From: Vicugna vicugna
Taxonomy: Eukaryota
Direction: 5' to 3'
Assembly: GCA_013265495.1 (NCBI GenBank)
Contig: MU058844.1
Coordinates: forward strand, 2,087,520 to 2,151,519
DNA length: 64,000 bases
This document shows, piece after piece, positions 62,475-64,000 of this stretch. Under the pieces are notes generated by a model. The model saw only the letters and a program-made list of their open reading frames with translations. It did no database searches and had not been told where the DNA came from. A program made the position numbers and the translations under genes. Within the stretch, counting starts at the first letter, position 1; each line of letters begins with the position of its first letter.

Positions 62475-63639
62475 GGAACTCATCTGGGTCCCTTCTTCCC
62501 CTCCCCTCATTCTACGCCAGGCACTCTGGCCTTGGTTCTGTTACTGCAGTTACTGCAGAGTCAACCACTCAAGCAGGGCTTTGTTTGGGAGTCACAGCCA
62601 AATATAAAATTGCTCAAAGCCAGCCGGAGATGGTGTGAGATGAATCATCATGGAGGACTGATGGTACATGGTCGACACCAGCGACAAGAGGCCACAAATT
62701 CAGGAGCCACAAACTCCAGCTGCAGTAGTTAATCAGTGAAGGTATCGAGCAGAACAAAAGAATCATCATACAGATCCTGGCAGTCACTCCTCCCCTCCCT
62801 TGGCCCCTGTATATTAAACTCCACACTTAGGTTCCATCCTATGGAAGATAATATTGAGGGAGTTAAACTCTGGAAGGCTAAATGGACAATCTAAATTGAA
62901 AGAGTTCATTTAAATTCATAGAGGCTAACAAATTGCCAATTACTCAGTTCCGATTTCCTGTGCTCCACAGTCAGCGGAAGGGAAATTAAACAAAAGAAAC
63001 CTTTTTTTTAATCCCAATTTCTTTGTCCATCTGAATGTAGTGCATTGGTTTTCAACCAACATAAAATTAACAGACACTCTGTGACTAACGAGCTTCTAGA
63101 CTTGACTGAGCCCATGTCTGACCAATGAGAATATTCCTGAAGACCTTGAGTCTTTTAACATCTTCTTTCCACAAATTTGCATTATTTATGGACTGAATAG
63201 TTAGACATGAGGAAAGCTATGATGAACTCACTCATCTCTGCTTCCCCTGTGGGGTCTTTCTGATGACCTAATCTTGAATTTTTGCCATTGGAGTCACATG
63301 TTTTTCATCTGGGGAAAAAAAGAGTCAGAGACATTCTCTCCATTTGACAACTGAAAAAGCACAAGAATTATGAAAGGGCTCTTTAATTAATGCAGCAGAC
63401 CATAAGAAACCAGGCATTTGGAATTTGACGTCCTGAAGAGATCATTTCAATAGTACAAAGTAGGAGATTCTCCATGCCTGATACTAGCCGAAAGCCTCCA
63501 AAGTTAGGGCGACGGTATCTTCCACTATACAGAGAAGTTAACAGAGAAGTGAATAGAATTCAAACTTAAGATCTTCTACTACATAGAGAAGCACAACTAG
63601 AGGAATGAATAGAACATAACTTACTTTCATTTGATTATC

Positions 63640-63785
63640 GTAATCATTTTCAGTGCTTGTTAAAAATGCGAATTCCACAGTCACACACATTCAGTCAAGA
63701 TCTCTCAGGGAAATCTCTTGAGAATCTGTATTTTTTAAATTTCCTTGAATGATTTCAACCAACAACCAACTTTAGAAATCATTAA
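63640..63785. mobile_element. MER5-like hAT element
   Basis: gcttgttaaaaatgcgaattcc…gagaatctgtatttttt…tttagaaatca. Confidence 0.5.
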
Positions 63786-64000
63786 CTTATTTCAAAATTT
63801 GAGTTATGGCCAATTCTAACTAGAGAAACCAAGAATTTTTTTTTTAATAGGGAAATATCTAAATCAACAAATCATTGCCAAGATTACTATAATGGATCTG
63901 CCCCGTTTTCTTCTTGGAAACTCTTTTAGAAGGACTTTTATTGATGTGGTAATTCCATTGTTGTGCGCAAAGGGAGAAACTGGGCTGGGTGTGGGTTAAA

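Noticed and set aside
44900..64000. Neighbouring SLRP gene (lumican normally follows DCN)
   Set aside because: No LRR-coding exon found; it presumably lies beyond the window.

Overview
This window is AT-rich mammalian genomic DNA containing one complete protein-coding gene, decorin (DCN, a class I small leucine-rich proteoglycan), on the + strand. Seven coding exons (16420-16633, 28009-28121, 33351-33564, 34348-34461, 38169-38262, 41528-41666, 43893-44087) join through GT-AG introns into an intact 1083-nt, 360-aa ORF. There are two alternative non-coding first exons (1a, ending 12501; 1b, ending 15608) and three AATAAA signals in the 3' UTR. The rest is ancient interspersed repeats (L1, L2, MIR, MaLR/ERVL LTRs, Tigger and hAT DNA elements) and microsatellites. 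I saw no young SINE; together with the pig-like protein this points tentatively to a camelid-like laurasiatherian. I found no evidence of a new multi-gene system. The best leads are regulatory and evolutionary: exon 1b looks built from an antisense L2 plus a MIR-derived donor, its donor choice may toggle an overlapping uORF, a Met-Arg-stop uORF precedes the DCN start, a (TG)n/T9 tract lies before exon 4, and there is a poly(A)-only insertion with a perfect 14-bp target-site duplication. Repeat family names and comparisons with human or pig sequences are from memory, not database searches, and repeat boundaries are approximate.
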